Shown here: piece by piece, positions 38,559 to 54,337 of the stretch
How positions within the stretch are numbered: the stretch's first letter is position 1
Layout: every line of letters begins with the position of its first letter
NCBI GenBank assembly: GCA_023213395.1
Contig: CM041465.1
Coordinates: 56,737,741-56,801,740, forward strand
Direction: 5' to 3'
Source of the DNA: Cycas panzhihuaensis
Taxonomy: Eukaryota > Plantae > Cycadophyta
DNA length: 64,000 nt
Notes under the pieces: generated by a model
Told to the model about the DNA's origin: nothing
Database searches by the model: none
The model's input: the letters and a program-made list of their open reading frames with translations, nothing else
Position numbers and translations under genes: made by a program

Positions 38559-41500
38559 ATGGCATCCTTGATTCTAGGCTTAAGTGACATTGATAAATTG
38601 ACTGGAAATAACTATAATATATGGAGGATTAAAATGGAAGACCTTTTACGTGCTAAAAATATGTGGGAACTGACCATAGGAGAAGAAAAAATGCCTGATG
38701 TTGAAGGAGATGCTCAAAGGAATTGGAAAGAAAGAAATAATATAGGAGTAATAACGTTAAAACTATCTATTTTTTATTATTTATTGATATATATAGACAA
38801 ACTAAACACTTATTCTTAAATCTGAAAAACCTTAGAAAATCTCTATGCTCAAAAGAATAGAGCAATGGTTGTTACTTTAAAAGAAGAATTGTTTAAATTG
38901 GTTATGAAAGAAATAGACATTGTAGCTGACTTTATTCACAAGGTTACCACTATCCAGAATGAACTTCTAAGTACTTGGGAAGAGATTTCAGAAAAGTAAA
39001 TTGTTGAAATGGTAGTAGGAAAACTTCCCAAGGCCTTTGATGTGACCATTAATACCATCCCCAACATCGGCATAATTGAAGAAATATCACTTGATGTTTG
39101 ACTGGCATATTGATGAGACAAGAACAAAGGAATAGAAGATATGAAGATGAAATAGAAGATGTCTTTGCAACAAGACTCAACATAGGAAGCTCAAGAGGAA
39201 GAGGGTGCTTCAGAGGAAAAGGATGCACATCTGAGTTTAGGACTCCTTCACGTGGAAGATGGCCAGAAAACTAAGGTTGGGGTCATATGTACACTCCAAG
39301 AGATGCTTAGGTTTACTTCCACTACAACAAACATGGTCACTTTTCAAGTCAATGTCAGATGTTTGATATCTGCTATCATTATGGATAGTCAATGCACTAT
39401 CCATATCAATGTTGTCAAAGAAGAGATGAGATTTAGAGAGGAAAAAAACCTATCGGTAACTACAATAAGGAATAATTAGAGGAGGAAGAAGAAGAAACAA
39501 CTTTCATTACTACTCTATCAGCTAGTCTTCATGACTCTGATGTATGGTTCATCGACTCAGGGGCATCCAAACATATGACAAACATAAAGGATTGGTTCGA
39601 GTCAATCAAAAGCTATTCATCAAAGGCAGTCGAGCTTGGAGATAAGTACCCTTTGCCTATTAAAGGAGTAAGAACTATTCCCATAAACCTGTAAGGTTTT
39701 GTAAAAAAATTGGGAATGTACTCTTTATACCTAAACTTAAGATGAATCTCATGTTAGTATCTCAACTAAGCAATAAGGGCTTGAGAACCATTTTTGATAA
39801 AAAGGGAATGCGTTATGTGATGGATATAAAAAATGGAGGTGTTATCATTACTAAGGGAGTGAAGTACAATGATCTATACAAATTGTTATCCATTCATGTT
39901 GATCCTAACATAGATGTAAAAGCATTCTCTGTTGTAAATCTCAATAATAACAAAGTATGGTATTTGAAGTATGGGCATCTTCCCTTGGATAAATTAGAAA
40001 TGATGAATAAAAATAATGTAGTGAATGGTCTTCCTTCCATCTCATTAGAAGATTTTATTTACAAAGGCTGTCAATGTGGAAACAACATCGTTTTCCCTTT
40101 AGAGTTAATAAATGGCATGCTTATGAGAAACTAGAGTTAATACACATAGACTTGTGTGGTCCACTAACACCTTTGTCTATAAATGGTTCTAGATGTTTCT
40201 TAACCTTCATTGATGATTCCACCAAAAATGTGTGGGTGTATTTTATTCATAATAAGTCAAATGTGTTTGATACATTTAAGGAATTCAAAGTTGAGGTAGA
40301 GTTAGAATCAGGATGTAAAATTAAATGTATCAGGTCTAAAAATGGAGGGGAATATATCTCAAAGGAATTCCTGGACTTCTGTAAATCCAAGGCAATTTAG
40401 AGATAGTTCACAACTCCTTATACACCTTAGTCAAATGGTGTAGTTAAACAAAAGAATAGAACCATAATAGAAATGGCTAAAAGTATGATCCATAAAAAAT
40501 AAGTTCTGAAGACCTATTGGGTAGAGGTAGTAAATACAACTTATTACCTAATCAATCGAAGTCCAACAATAGCACTATAGTAGATAACTCTAGAATAAAC
40601 CTAGACTAGAAAAATCCTGATGTAAGTAATTTAAGAATCTTTAGTAGTCATGCCTTTATATATATTCCAGATAAATCTAGGAGAAAACTAGATTTAAAAT
40701 ACATAGAATGTGTTATGGTAGGGTATAGTAAAAATTCAAAAGAGTACAAATGCATAGATCCCAAGACAAATAAAATCTATGTAAGTAGAGATGTAGTCTT
40801 TAATGAAGATTTTCTATTTGAGGTCAAGTATCTAATACAAACAATTAAAGGAATGCCCAGAATCAAACCTCAAGAAGAATAGGTTGCTAAAGAATTAGGA
40901 ATGACAACAGAACCATAACTGGAAGAATCTGAATTTATTGAAGAAGAACCTTCATCAAAAGAATTAGCTTTAGAAGCACCACAGAAAAAGGTACTAAAAT
41001 GGTACATCAAAACCATAAAAGATGGAAAAGGAAATACATTCATACATAAGACCAAAAGTCAACAATAACAACATCAAGCCCTCTTTAGTAGACTACAGCC
41101 ACAGTCATTTAAAGAAGCAAAAGAGCATGCAGAGTGGAGAACAGCCATGGATGTGGAGATGGATGCCATAGCCAAGAATCAAATATGGGACCTGATAGAA
41201 CTACCTCTAAATAAGCTAATAGTCAGTTGCAAATGGGTATACAAGGTTAAAGAGGGTGCAGATGGAAAAATAGAAAAATTCAAAGCAAGACTTATGGCAA
41301 AAGGGTACACCTAGACTACTAGAATTTACTTTGATGAGACTTTTTCACCTATAGTAAAAATGAATATAGTTCAAATGGTGATAGCACTAGTAGCCCAAAA
41401 GAACTGGAAAATCTACCAATTAGATATCAAAAGTGCCTTTCTACATGGAGAACGAGAAGAAGAAGTTTACATGCACCAACCCGAAGGTTATGTCTAGTCT

Positions 41501-42628
41501 GGACAAGAACACATGGTATGTAAACTCAAAAAGGCGTTGTATGGTTTGAAATAAGCCCCTAGGGCATGCTACGCTAGACTAGACTAGTATCTATCTCAAA
41601 ATGGCTTCCAAAGGAGTAACTCTGATTTAAGTCTCTACACAAAAAGAAATGATAGAACAATTTCAATTATAGTAGTCTATGTCGATGATATGATACTCAT
41701 TAGAGATGATACCATGTCTATCTCAGACATAAAAAGTCAGTTAGAAAAGGATCTTGAAATGACTGACTTGGGTCCTTTGAGCTACTATCTAGGAATGGAA
41801 ATTGAGAAAAATGAAAAGCATATTGCAATCTCAGAAGGCAATTATATCAGAGATTTGTTGACTAAGTTTCAAATGGAGAATTGCAATAAATGTGCAACCC
41901 CTATGGAAGTTAGCTGCAATCTAGTCCCAGAAGAAGGAGAGCCTTTAGCTAATTACACACTTTATAGACAGTTGATTGGAAGTCTTATTTACCTCACTGC
42001 CATAAGACCTGACATCTCACATTTAGTAGGTTTGGTTTCCAGATATATATAGGAGCCCAAGCTAAAACATTGGAAGGCTACAAAAAGAATACTTAGATAC
42101 TTTAAAAGGACAACAGATCTAAAACTAGTATATAACAAAGAAAAGATAACAAAATTGATTGGGTACTACAATTCTAATTGGGTGGGTTATAAGGATACTA
42201 GAAGATCCACTAGTAGATATTATTTCTTCCTTAGGTCAGCTGTCATTTCATGGTATAGTAAAAAGCAACCCATTGTTACACTTTCTTCAACTAAAGCAAA
42301 ATACAAATTAGTGATTAATGCAACTTGCGAAGCTTTCTGGCTTTGACAACTACTAAGAGATATGAACCAATTACAACAAGAACCAATGATGCTTCTCTAT
42401 GATAATCAAAGCACAATTAAGCTAGATAAAAATCTCGTCTTACATGCATAAACAAAGCACATAGAAGTACACCATCACTTTATTCGGGAAGAGGTGAAAA
42501 ATAAAGACATCGATCTAACACATTGACCAACAACGAATCAAGTTGTAGATATATTAACAAAATCCTTTAAGAGAGAGAAGTTTAAAACTCTCAGAGAAAG
42601 ATTAGGTTTAGAAAAGATAAAACATTAA
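38559..42628 (+). pseudogene. pol: Copia-2 gag-pol (gag, PR, INT, RT, RH), many stops and frameshifts
   Basis: KLTGNNYNIWRIKMEDLL, WFIDSGASKHMT, LELIHIDLCGP, KCIRSKNGGEY, YVDDMIL, MTDLGPLSYYLGMEI, YRQLIGSLIYLT, ISWYSKKQ and TKHIEVHHHFIRE. Confidence 0.93.
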
Positions 42629-42635
42629 GAGAGGA

Positions 42636-42836
42636 CGTTAGAATATGATGTTTTATCCTAAGAACATTAGAGAAAGGGGAAAATGTGTTTAAGACCCTAA
42701 TTATATTTAATTCTTATGTTTAATATTATAATCATGTAACGGTTACATGTCTACTATATATAAAAGAGGTTTCTCTCCATCAATAGAGTGAGTCTAATTC
42801 CATTCTTCCTCATAGTTGAGGGTTTGATTTTCTACA
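42636..42836 (+). repeat. Copia-2 3' LTR
   Basis: Follows the PPT; direct repeat of 37640-37840. Confidence 0.95.
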
Positions 42837-42989
42837 AATCCTACCAAACCTAAGACACTTATCAGTATGAGGATCCATATCACGCTCAAGAGCCATATCA
42901 AGCTTACAGCCAAGATTGGACCTAAGGGTCTAATCTATATGGGCAATGAAAAGCTACAAAAATTTGGAGATAGTGGAATAACACTTTCT

Positions 42990-43835
42990 TGTTTACACAA
43001 TAGGCCTAGGGTGTTTTCTCTTAGAGAAAATATGTAGATCCCACAATGCCAACTCCAAGTACTAATGTGTTACATGAGTGTGGGTTATAAGGGAATTATA
43101 TGGATGGTGTTTTGGAAGGAAACTAAATTGAGAGCATGAGTGGGTACATGTATATATGGGAGAAGTGAATAAGTTGGTCCCCTAAACTAAACCTATGGTC
43201 ATCTATAGGGTAAACAGATAACACACATAACATGTAACTATATGCCATTTAATTTTTTATAAAAGCAATCTACTTTAAGAAATGCTATAAATTTTCCTTG
43301 TAGATTTGTAACTCTTAATAAGTGGTTCCTCCTTGTGTCTTGGGTATTATGATAAATAATATGCACACACTAATTCCTACTCCTAAAATGGATGTGATGC
43401 AAGGAGTTTAGAATGCAAAAGAATGACTAATGAAAGAAAGAAAGAAAAAAAAAAGTTTTTTTTTTTTTTCTTTTATGGAAAGAGAAACAAAAGGGGAAAA
43501 GGGGGGAATGGAGAGTAAATGAATGAGCAAAATTACTTTCCTTTTTTACCCTTTTCCTTTCTATAAATAAAATAAATCAATTCATCCCCCCAGTAGAGGA
43601 AATATCACCTTTTTAATCCCAAAGAGCCTGATGGGTAGACTAAATGGCTATGGACCAAAGTTGTACTTATTATCGGTAAAATGGGACATGGACAAGTAGT
43701 ATGTATAAGCAAATAAAGCATACATGTGCTACTTAAAATCAAATATAAATCAATAGAGTATAAACAAAGTAGTAATGCATACCTACATTACTTATATATC
43801 ACCATCTCCATGCCATTACCAAAAACCCAGAAACG
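42990..43835 (-). repeat. Tat-C 3' LTR (~845 bp), PPT at 43836-43845
   Basis: The minus strand reads AAAGGGGCAG|CGTTTCTGGG (TG mutated to CG). Clear direct repeat with 63379-64000. The left boundary is approximate. Confidence 0.8.
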
Positions 43836-44841
43836 CTGCCCCTTTGGTAAAATAACACCTTCAATCTAAAGCTAGAAGATGGTGAATGCTACCAGCATAG
43901 ATGATGTAAGATGCAATAATAATAATCAAATGTATATATATAACATGGGGCAATGCTTTTCATAGGGTGCCTCATTAGTAGAAGGTTAGAGGGTGTTGCC
44001 CTTAGTTTAGCCTCTTAAGAAAACTATGTTAGAGGAGTACAAGCTAAGGAGAATTATGGGTCGGTGACCATATCAGTCCCCATAGGCCTATGTCTACAAG
44101 CTCTAGACGTGTATGAAATGGAGTGTTAAATAATAGAAGCATTGTCTTGATGGTAAGATGAGATGGGTGGCATGGCCCAAGAATAGGGCTTTGAAGCCCC
44201 AAACCCTTAGATATATAAAACAGTGCCTTAAATACCCAAAGGAGAGACTTAATGAGTTAGAGTGGGTCACCATAGTTTAACCCCATTAGTAGCCATCTTT
44301 TACATGAGGAGTTATTTAGGCTCTTCTCAAAGACTTTTTTTTTTTTTTTTTTTTTTCAGGTTTTATGTTTTTTTTACATTTTTGTCATTTTATATTATTT
44401 TTGGGTTTTATTATTTTTTTTTATTTTTTTGTAATATTTTGTTAGTTTTATGATTTTTTTAAAATTTTTCAATGGTTTTATATTATTTTTTGGGATTTTT
44501 TGAATTGTTTACTAGAAAAAGAAATAGACAAATTAAAGAAATGACAATAAAATAGTAGAAAGGATAAGGATATAAGACACCAAGGGGTAATGCAACCTAG
44601 AAGGGCCATGACCTAGTCTAATATATACAAGTATACAAGGTAGTTTACCCTCATTTTGAAGTATGGTGGTAGTTTAGGCTCTCATTAGAGCATAAGGGAA
44701 GCTTTGGTAGTAGGGCATAGCTTCCAAAGAGGGCTAAATGTGCTTGAGGTTACCACCATAGTTTAGCCTCTTTAGTGAGTACCCCTCAGAGATGAGACTA
44801 GGGGGATTGCCCTCTAAGCATATATCTCAATTGGTGGCCTA

Positions 44842-45270
44842 TTAGGCTAAAGAAGGGATGTTTGGTGGTGGTAAATGATGCTTAAGGATGAGATCCACTA
44901 ACCTATCCATTTTAGTGTTAAGTTCATGAGGAATATGGTGGATTAACATAAAAGAAAACTAGGCCAAAAGGGACCTAGTAAGAGTGGTTAAAGATCTCAG
45001 TTGTGAGCAATTAACCTATTAGACCTAAGTTAGCTAGGACATAATAAGTTAAGAGTCATAATATAGAATAATGGGGCCACTATGGAAATATATTACATCC
45101 ATTAAGGCCTCCATAATGGTAAGGTACTCGACCATGTCATTGGCAACAAAAAATATGTAGACTCTATATCGGATAAGGGTGTGCCCATGGTAATCTTGAA
45201 TGGTCCATGCTACAACAAGAGGCCCCAGATTTCCATGACTACCCCCATCGGTATGGATGATCAATGCCAT
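44842..45270 (-). pseudogene. Tat-C free-standing aRH
   Basis: CCCATGG start. MALIIHTDGGSHGNLGP...ANDMVEY...YDS. About 143 codons with stops. Confidence 0.8.
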
Positions 45271-46829
45271 GGGGATAATGCAGAGATAACTCAAGATAGG
45301 GTCACTAAATAAAGGGATATGGTGAGAATCAACTGATCAACAAAAGGACTCAGGCATGCATGAAAATATGACTGAAACAATAAGCAAACTTAGTCCTTAG
45401 AAATGATCATGTACTAGTATCTCAACTCCATTTGAAATCTGCCCAAAGTGGTAGCCATACCAAGTGGGTTTTAATTATGATTGAGACCACAATAGGTCTA
45501 AACAACTAGGTTCAAATGTCCCAAATGGCCCATACGTATGGACCTAACCTACCAATCATAGGTGGGGATGAGGCTATCATGCAACCTACCCTTAATGCCA
45601 AGAAGGTGGTAGGAGATATACCCCCTTAAAATGGTTTTTCTTTTTTTTCATCTTCCTTTTTTTTTTCTCTTTTCTTCTTTTCTTTTTCTTTCCTTTTTTT
45701 TTATGTCCCTTTTTGGGCTTTTTATATTTTTTTTCTTCTTTTTCTTTTGGTTTCAAGAGGGTATATATATATATATAGTAACTTGGGTGGTATGAGGTAG
45801 GTGTAAAGGTGAATTAGACCATGAGGATACTAAGAGATCTTTCCATGTCAATGATACTTTAATAAAGAGTAGCACCAAGCCATGAGTACCTAATGGAGAA
45901 GGTCAAACTGTGGAACACAATGGCCAAGTCATGAGACGATCTTGAGTGTCCATTGTAGGGTATACATGGAGTAGGGTCTTTAGGTCAATGAACATAAAGA
46001 ATGAGGACTACTAATTACAATAGGGATGGGGTACCAAAAGCTTATGTTTGAGTTACAAATAAATGGAATGTTATACAAGTGAAACCAGGAAGGTGAAAGA
46101 ATCGCCATAGGTCAAGAGAGTGTTATTCTATGAGTGGGATTATATACAAACAATGACTAGTGAAGTGGAAGCCAAGGGCACCCATAAAGCTCAGTTGATC
46201 ATCAAAGAGATGACAGGAGAGACCTACAGGCTGATTGCATGGTCAAGGAGAGGTTGAGCTATGAATACTAAACCAAAGGTGTAATATGTGCATAAAAAGC
46301 TTTCTTGAGAAATAATGAAAATGAGATGGACAATGAGAAAACGGGGGTCAAGTGGTGCTTAGAATATAATGGCCCAATGTGGGCATAAGATAAGTGATCA
46401 GGGTGGTGATATGGTCCTATGGACTGTAAACACTAATACAGGATAAGATAGGTCATCAAGAGGTTTAAAAGGCTCTCTTCTAGTATGGTAGAAGGCCATT
46501 AATGTCATGCACTAATGGAAAAAAAGTGGGGAATTGGGCATGAAAGAGCTATAAGCCAAATGGGTGTAACATGGGCATTAGGATGACCATGGCAATGATG
46601 TGATTTGAAAGGAAGAAGAAGGGGATTAAACTGAAGTTATATGACTAACTTGAAGTCATCTATATATTCAAGTTTCCTATAGAATTTGATTTTATTTTCA
46701 GTGCTGTCCTTAGGATTCTAAGAGAAACCTTACTCTACCTATTTTTTCCCCTACATTCCTAAGCTCACCATTCATAAGCAAACCATTGAATCATTGCATG
46801 GATAGAGCTATTAGATCCAAACTATCAAG

Positions 46830-49200
<2,371 letters not shown>

Positions 49201-49351
49201 GAGGGTGTGAGAGAACTTGTGTTTTTAAGAGTAAAGGAAAGTTGGACCTCTAGGGGTATAGAATTTATATATACCAAGGCCCCATTAGGTGATTATATAC
49301 TCTTGCAAGGATTCTAACTCCCCCATGACATGTTTTACTTATATCCATATT

Positions 49352-49714
49352 TGACATGATTAATGATTAGTCCTCCTTGCTTTGAGCATAAGTTTTCCCT
49401 TAGAAAGAAGAATCTTCAGGCTTCAGAGTTTTCCCAAGAAGTCAAGACCTGAATAAAGCTAGAGGAAAGCTAGGAAGGAATGTCTTCTCTTCTTTTTTCA
49501 TTAATTCCTTTGAAAGTTGTACATATTTATACAAACTCAAGTTAGTTTGTATATGAGATGTGTCATCTGTGTACTTAATTAATAATTAGGTACCATAAGT
49601 AACTTTTATAATGTTATGTATACCTAATTAACAATTAGGTACCCTAAATATCTTTTTATAATATTACTTTAGAAAACAAGACTAGGACTATACTCATTAG
49701 GACTACACTTATCA
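49352..49714 (-). repeat. 3' LTR of nested chromovirus
   Basis: Direct repeat of 54981-55342; adjacent to the PPT. Confidence 0.93.
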
Positions 49715-52700
49715 TTTCCTCCCTACTTAAAAAAAATTGGCCCCAATTTCTATTGAAGATGAGGAAAATATTCTTGGAGTGCTGATGCAAAGACCTATTT
49801 GGCTTTAGTGGGTAGAGTCCCTTTTCAACTAATGAGATATATGGTTGTAGTGTATTGTTACACTCGTCGATGTCGAGTGTCAAAAATAGTATCTTTAGAA
49901 AGAAGAGGCTAGAAATATGGAATTATATCAAGAGGATGAGTAGGAGGAGGTTCAACTTCCAAATGTGATACCACATATAACTTGAGTTGATTAATATTAA
50001 CAACATCATGAATACCCAGATAAGTAGGGAGATCAAGGCAAAAAGCATTTGGTCCTATTACTTGAAGGATAGTATAGGGGCCAAACTAAATAGGTTTAAG
50101 CTTATGGTGATGCTTAAATTATTTGTGATCAAGTCAAAGCCAAACTTGATCGCTAACCTTAATGGAACTTGTAGAATGATATTGATCTTGAGCAAATTTA
50201 TATTTGACCTATGTTTGATAAAGTATCTGGCTAATCTTACAATGTAGTTTGGTAAAAGGAAATAGCTTTTTGTTGTTCCTTTTATTCATGCCCTACCACA
50301 AAAGGAGGTACAACAAGGGAGAGTTCATAAGGAGCAAGTGGTCAATATCCATAGCAAACTTCGAAGATAGATTGTCCAAGAGAAACGTGAGTTGCTCAAT
50401 TATAACTATGTTGGATATGATGAAGATGTGTATCCCATTATTTATTACTATATTGGTAAATACGAAATGCATGCACCAAGGTGTAATTTACCACTTCTAT
50501 TTATCCATTAGTATGAGGATGGAATGATGTGGAAAATTTTAGTTGACAACCAAGCATCTTTCAAAGAAATTTCCAAAACTGGCTAAAAAATCTATTATCC
50601 TTGTCAAAAATTATAGAAAGGGGAAGTCCATAATAAGTCCAAACATATTGAAAAAATAAGTCTACTATATGGTGAGCAGAAATATTTTTTGTATAGGGAA
50701 TAAAAATTACCATTTTAGAAAACCTATAAACAATGATGAATATATAGTCGTGACCATGCTAAGTTGTAGAAAGGCCACTAACGAAGTCCATCAAAATAGA
50801 TTCCCATGGTCCACTAGGAATAGGAAGTGGCTAATAAAGTCCAAGTTTATGATTAGATTGTTTAGACTAACTGTAGAGAGAGCAATGTTGTACATAATCT
50901 CCAACTATATTTTGCATTGAAGGCTAATAAAAATATAGTTGAAGATGTTGAAGAGTTTTATGCATTCTAAAATATCTACCATAAGTTAAAGAATGATCTT
51001 ATTTAAGTATCTATTATTGTAGAGTGCCCATTAGAACACATAGACAATTTACTTTATAGTGGAGTCTATTTTTGAGATGATAATCTAAAAAAGGCTCAAG
51101 ATTTGTTTGTGTGGGCTAAGATAAAATAGTAAGGATAGGACCAAAGTGGGGATCAAAAGGAAGCAACTGTTACCATTCCAAATATGGACTGAGTGTGGTG
51201 TTGAGGAATGAGGCTAAGGCTAGGGTAGGAGGTCAGTTGAGGAAATCAACTACTTTGTTAGAAACTCCTTTCTTATATTTAATGACTAGTTGAAATTATT
51301 GAATATTAGAAGCCCATTTAAGATGTCTATGTTCTTGGATTTTGGATTGGGAGTTAAGAAATTATAATGGTTGGTGATTAGTATGAATAATGGTTTCATT
51401 GCCTAGGAGAAAGTGTCTCCAATGACGTAGAGCTTAGACAAGGGCATAAGTACTGTAATTGAGTTTGGCCTAGGAAAAGATTTTAAAATGATAAGCAATA
51501 GGATGTCTTCCCTACTTGAATGGCACCAAGGGAAAATTGGGAAGCATCAGTTTCTAATTTAAAGGGTTGAGTGAGACTTATAAGATGAAGAATAAGTGCA
51601 GTACAAAGGGTAATTTTGAGTTCTTAGAAAGCGGATTTAGAAGAGAAGTTCCAAAAAAAACTTATAGAATTTTTGGTAAGAATGTTGAGAGGATGTACAA
51701 TGCTAGAAAAGTGAGAAATGAATTTCCTATAAAAGTTAATAGAACCCAAAAAACTTTTGAGCTCAGTTAGAGTAGAAGGGGTTATCCATTGCTAAATTAT
51801 TCAGGCATTTTCTAGATCAACATGGATGTCATTTTCATTGATGATGAATCCTGGATAAGAGATAGATTTTTGTATGAAGAAACATTATTTAAATTTGGCT
51901 TTGAGATGATGTTGTAGTAATAAAGCCATGACTATATCAACATGATGTAGATATACTTCCAAATTGTTGCTAAAGACCAAGATATCATCAAAATATACAA
52001 TGACAATTTTACCCAAATGAGGGCAAAATGTATCATTGATAAGTTGTATAAAAGTAGCAGGAGCATAGTCAAACCAAAAGGCAAGACTAGCCACTTATAA
52101 AGGCCATTTTGAGTCTTGAAGGTTGTTTTCCATGTGTCCTAAGCATTGACCTGAACTTGATGGTATCCAGAGGCTAAGTCAATCTTTGTAAAATATTTGG
52201 CTCCTTTGAGATGATCTAATAAATCATCAATGTGTGGCAGTGGATATCAATTTTTAACAGTGATTTTGTTAAGAGCTTGATAGTCAATATACAAATGACA
52301 TTCTTTATTCTTTTTTAGAATGAGAATTGCAGGTGAACCACAAGGAGAATAGTTAGGTTGAATTTTACCTTCATCAATCAGCTAAGCCAATTATCTCTCT
52401 AATTTAGCACATGTAAGAGGAGTAGTGTAATAGTGTGAATGTTGCATAGCACACATGGGAGATAGTCCCTTAGGTTTTGCAAAAACATCAGAGTATGCAT
52501 CTAAAAGAGATTTTATTACTTTAGGAAATATCTTGGTATAATTTTCTTTTTCTTCTTGTCAGATTACACAAAGTACCATTTACTTAGAGGTGTTGGCAAG
52601 TTTGACTGTAAGATTGTCTATGATTATAACTAAGGATAGAGAAATACTATCTATTGAAGTTAGTTTATATACCTTTCCATTTTTATATAGTGTATAAGTG

Positions 52701-53985
52701 TTCTTATATACATCATATAAGGCTCATCAATTATGTTGATAAGATCATCCCAAGAGAATGTTATTATAATCCATAGGAGCCACATCATAATCAATTATAT
52801 CTAGAAATGGTAGAATAGCAAAAGTAGCAGTATATATTTTATTGACCACCATTGTATGACTATTAGCTTTTACCCACCTAAGAGTATAAGGCTTAGGGTG
52901 TAACTTGGTCACTAATTGTAAAGAATCCACCAATGATTAAGAGATCAAGTTCTCCATGCTTCCATTATCAATGATACAGAGAGCCAAGTGGTCCTTAATT
53001 TGACAATTTTGTCTAAAAAGTCTCTCTTATTAAGAAGCAGAATATTCAGTGGTCATTAGCACAAGATGTGGTTTTAGAGCTTGTAAATTAGGGATCTCTA
53101 TGACATCAATAGATTCTATTAGTGTCTAATGTTTAGTGATCAAGGTGCGAGATTTATGATGTGATCGATATTTAGCATCTATATGGCTTTGGCTCTTATG
53201 TAAAGAACAATATTTTTTTTATTAACCATATGTGGCACATTAAATGCCTTGGAGGTTGATGAAGATGTTAGAGATGGTCATGGTCTTTGTTGTAGTTTAT
53301 TTTTAATTTTAAGGGCAAATTAATAAGCAACTTCAAGTGTATGAATCTAAAGAATATCCATTTCATGCTATAAAGATGAAAAGAGACCTCTAATAAATTT
53401 CAATTTAAGAATGTAGTCAGGTTCAGAGACTACTAACCATATAGAAAGTTTGATAAACTCATCAATGTATTATTGAATTATTTAGCCTGCAACTTGTGAG
53501 AGGTAAAGCCAATGTGTAGTGAGTCCATCAATGTATCCCAAAGGATAGAATTGACTATGGACAACACTTTTGAATTCAGCCTAGGAAACAAGTGGTTTAT
53601 CACGAGAGTATACCTACCATAATGTTAGTGCCTGTTCTTCTATATGTACTTCAACAACAATTATTTTTTGTACCTTTGTGAATTACTATATCTTAAAATA
53701 GGCTTCCAGACTTCAAAGCCATACATCTAATTTATCTGTATTTATCATACCTTTAAAAAGGATAATACTGATTTTAGCATCTGAATTGAATGGAGAATGA
53801 AGATGGTTGGATCGAAATGACTGTTGGGATGTTCTATTGGTGTAAGATTTGTTGAAACATGGTCATCATGATTATGACCAAATTTTGCTAAAAAGTTTAA
53901 GCATCTTGATGTTGATCATGAGGCTCTTGTATTAAGAGTTCAATGATATCTAGGTGTGATTGATCCTCTTGATTAGGAGACATGA
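49715..53985 (-). pseudogene. pol: gag-pol of the nested chromovirus (gag, PR, RT, RH, INT, C-terminal chromodomain-like relic)
   Basis: CIIDNGSMENLIS...LHPKPYTLRWV (PR), [13 protein letters not shown] and [11 protein letters not shown] (RT), IIHTNHQPL (RH), PWESILMDFVSGL (INT). Confidence 0.88.
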
Positions 53986-53993
53986 TTCTATGT

Positions 53994-54225
53994 GGGGTAC
54001 GCTTGCCTATGAAAAGGGCTTATGGTAATATGCCCGATCAACTACAAATATAAATTTGTATGGGGTATGCCTACCTATGAAGAGGGCTTATGGCAGTATG
54101 CCTAATTAAAGATAAAGGAGAAATTGTTTGGGGTACGCCTGCCTATAAAGAGGGCTTATGGCAATATGCATAATGAGCACAAAGGAAATTTGTACAAGGT
54201 ATGTTTGCCTATGAAGACGGCTTAT

Positions 54226-54230
<5 letters not shown>
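53994..54230. repeat. Tandem repeat, ~68-bp period, 3.5 units, in the chromovirus 5' leader
   Basis: Units start at 53994, 54062, 54130 and ~54196. Core GGGGTAYGCYTRCCTATRAARAGGGCTTATGGYARTATGC. Confidence 0.9.
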
Positions 54231-54316
<86 letters not shown>

Positions 54317-54337
54317 GTGTGTGTGTGTGTGTGTGTG
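54229..54337. repeat. Compound (AT)n(GT)n microsatellite
   Basis: Read directly from the sequence. Confidence 0.97.

Larger units (their letters stand above)
37640..42836 (+). mobile_element. Copia-2: structurally complete but degenerate Ty1/Copia element
   Basis: 201-bp LTRs at 37640-37840 and 42636-42836 (about 20 mismatches by hand count), PBS TGGTATCAGAGC 37841-37852, PPT AAGAGAGGA 42627-42635 and TSD AATCT/AATCC. Confidence 0.95.

Noticed and set aside
49987-51770. Plus-strand ORFs over the nested chromovirus (similarly 56588-58606 over Tat-C pol)
   Set aside because: They are antisense shadows of minus-strand pol.
53994-54230. CRISPR-like repeat/spacer array
   Set aside because: The spacers are mutually similar, the repeats are degenerate, there are no cas genes, and the context is a eukaryotic retroelement leader.
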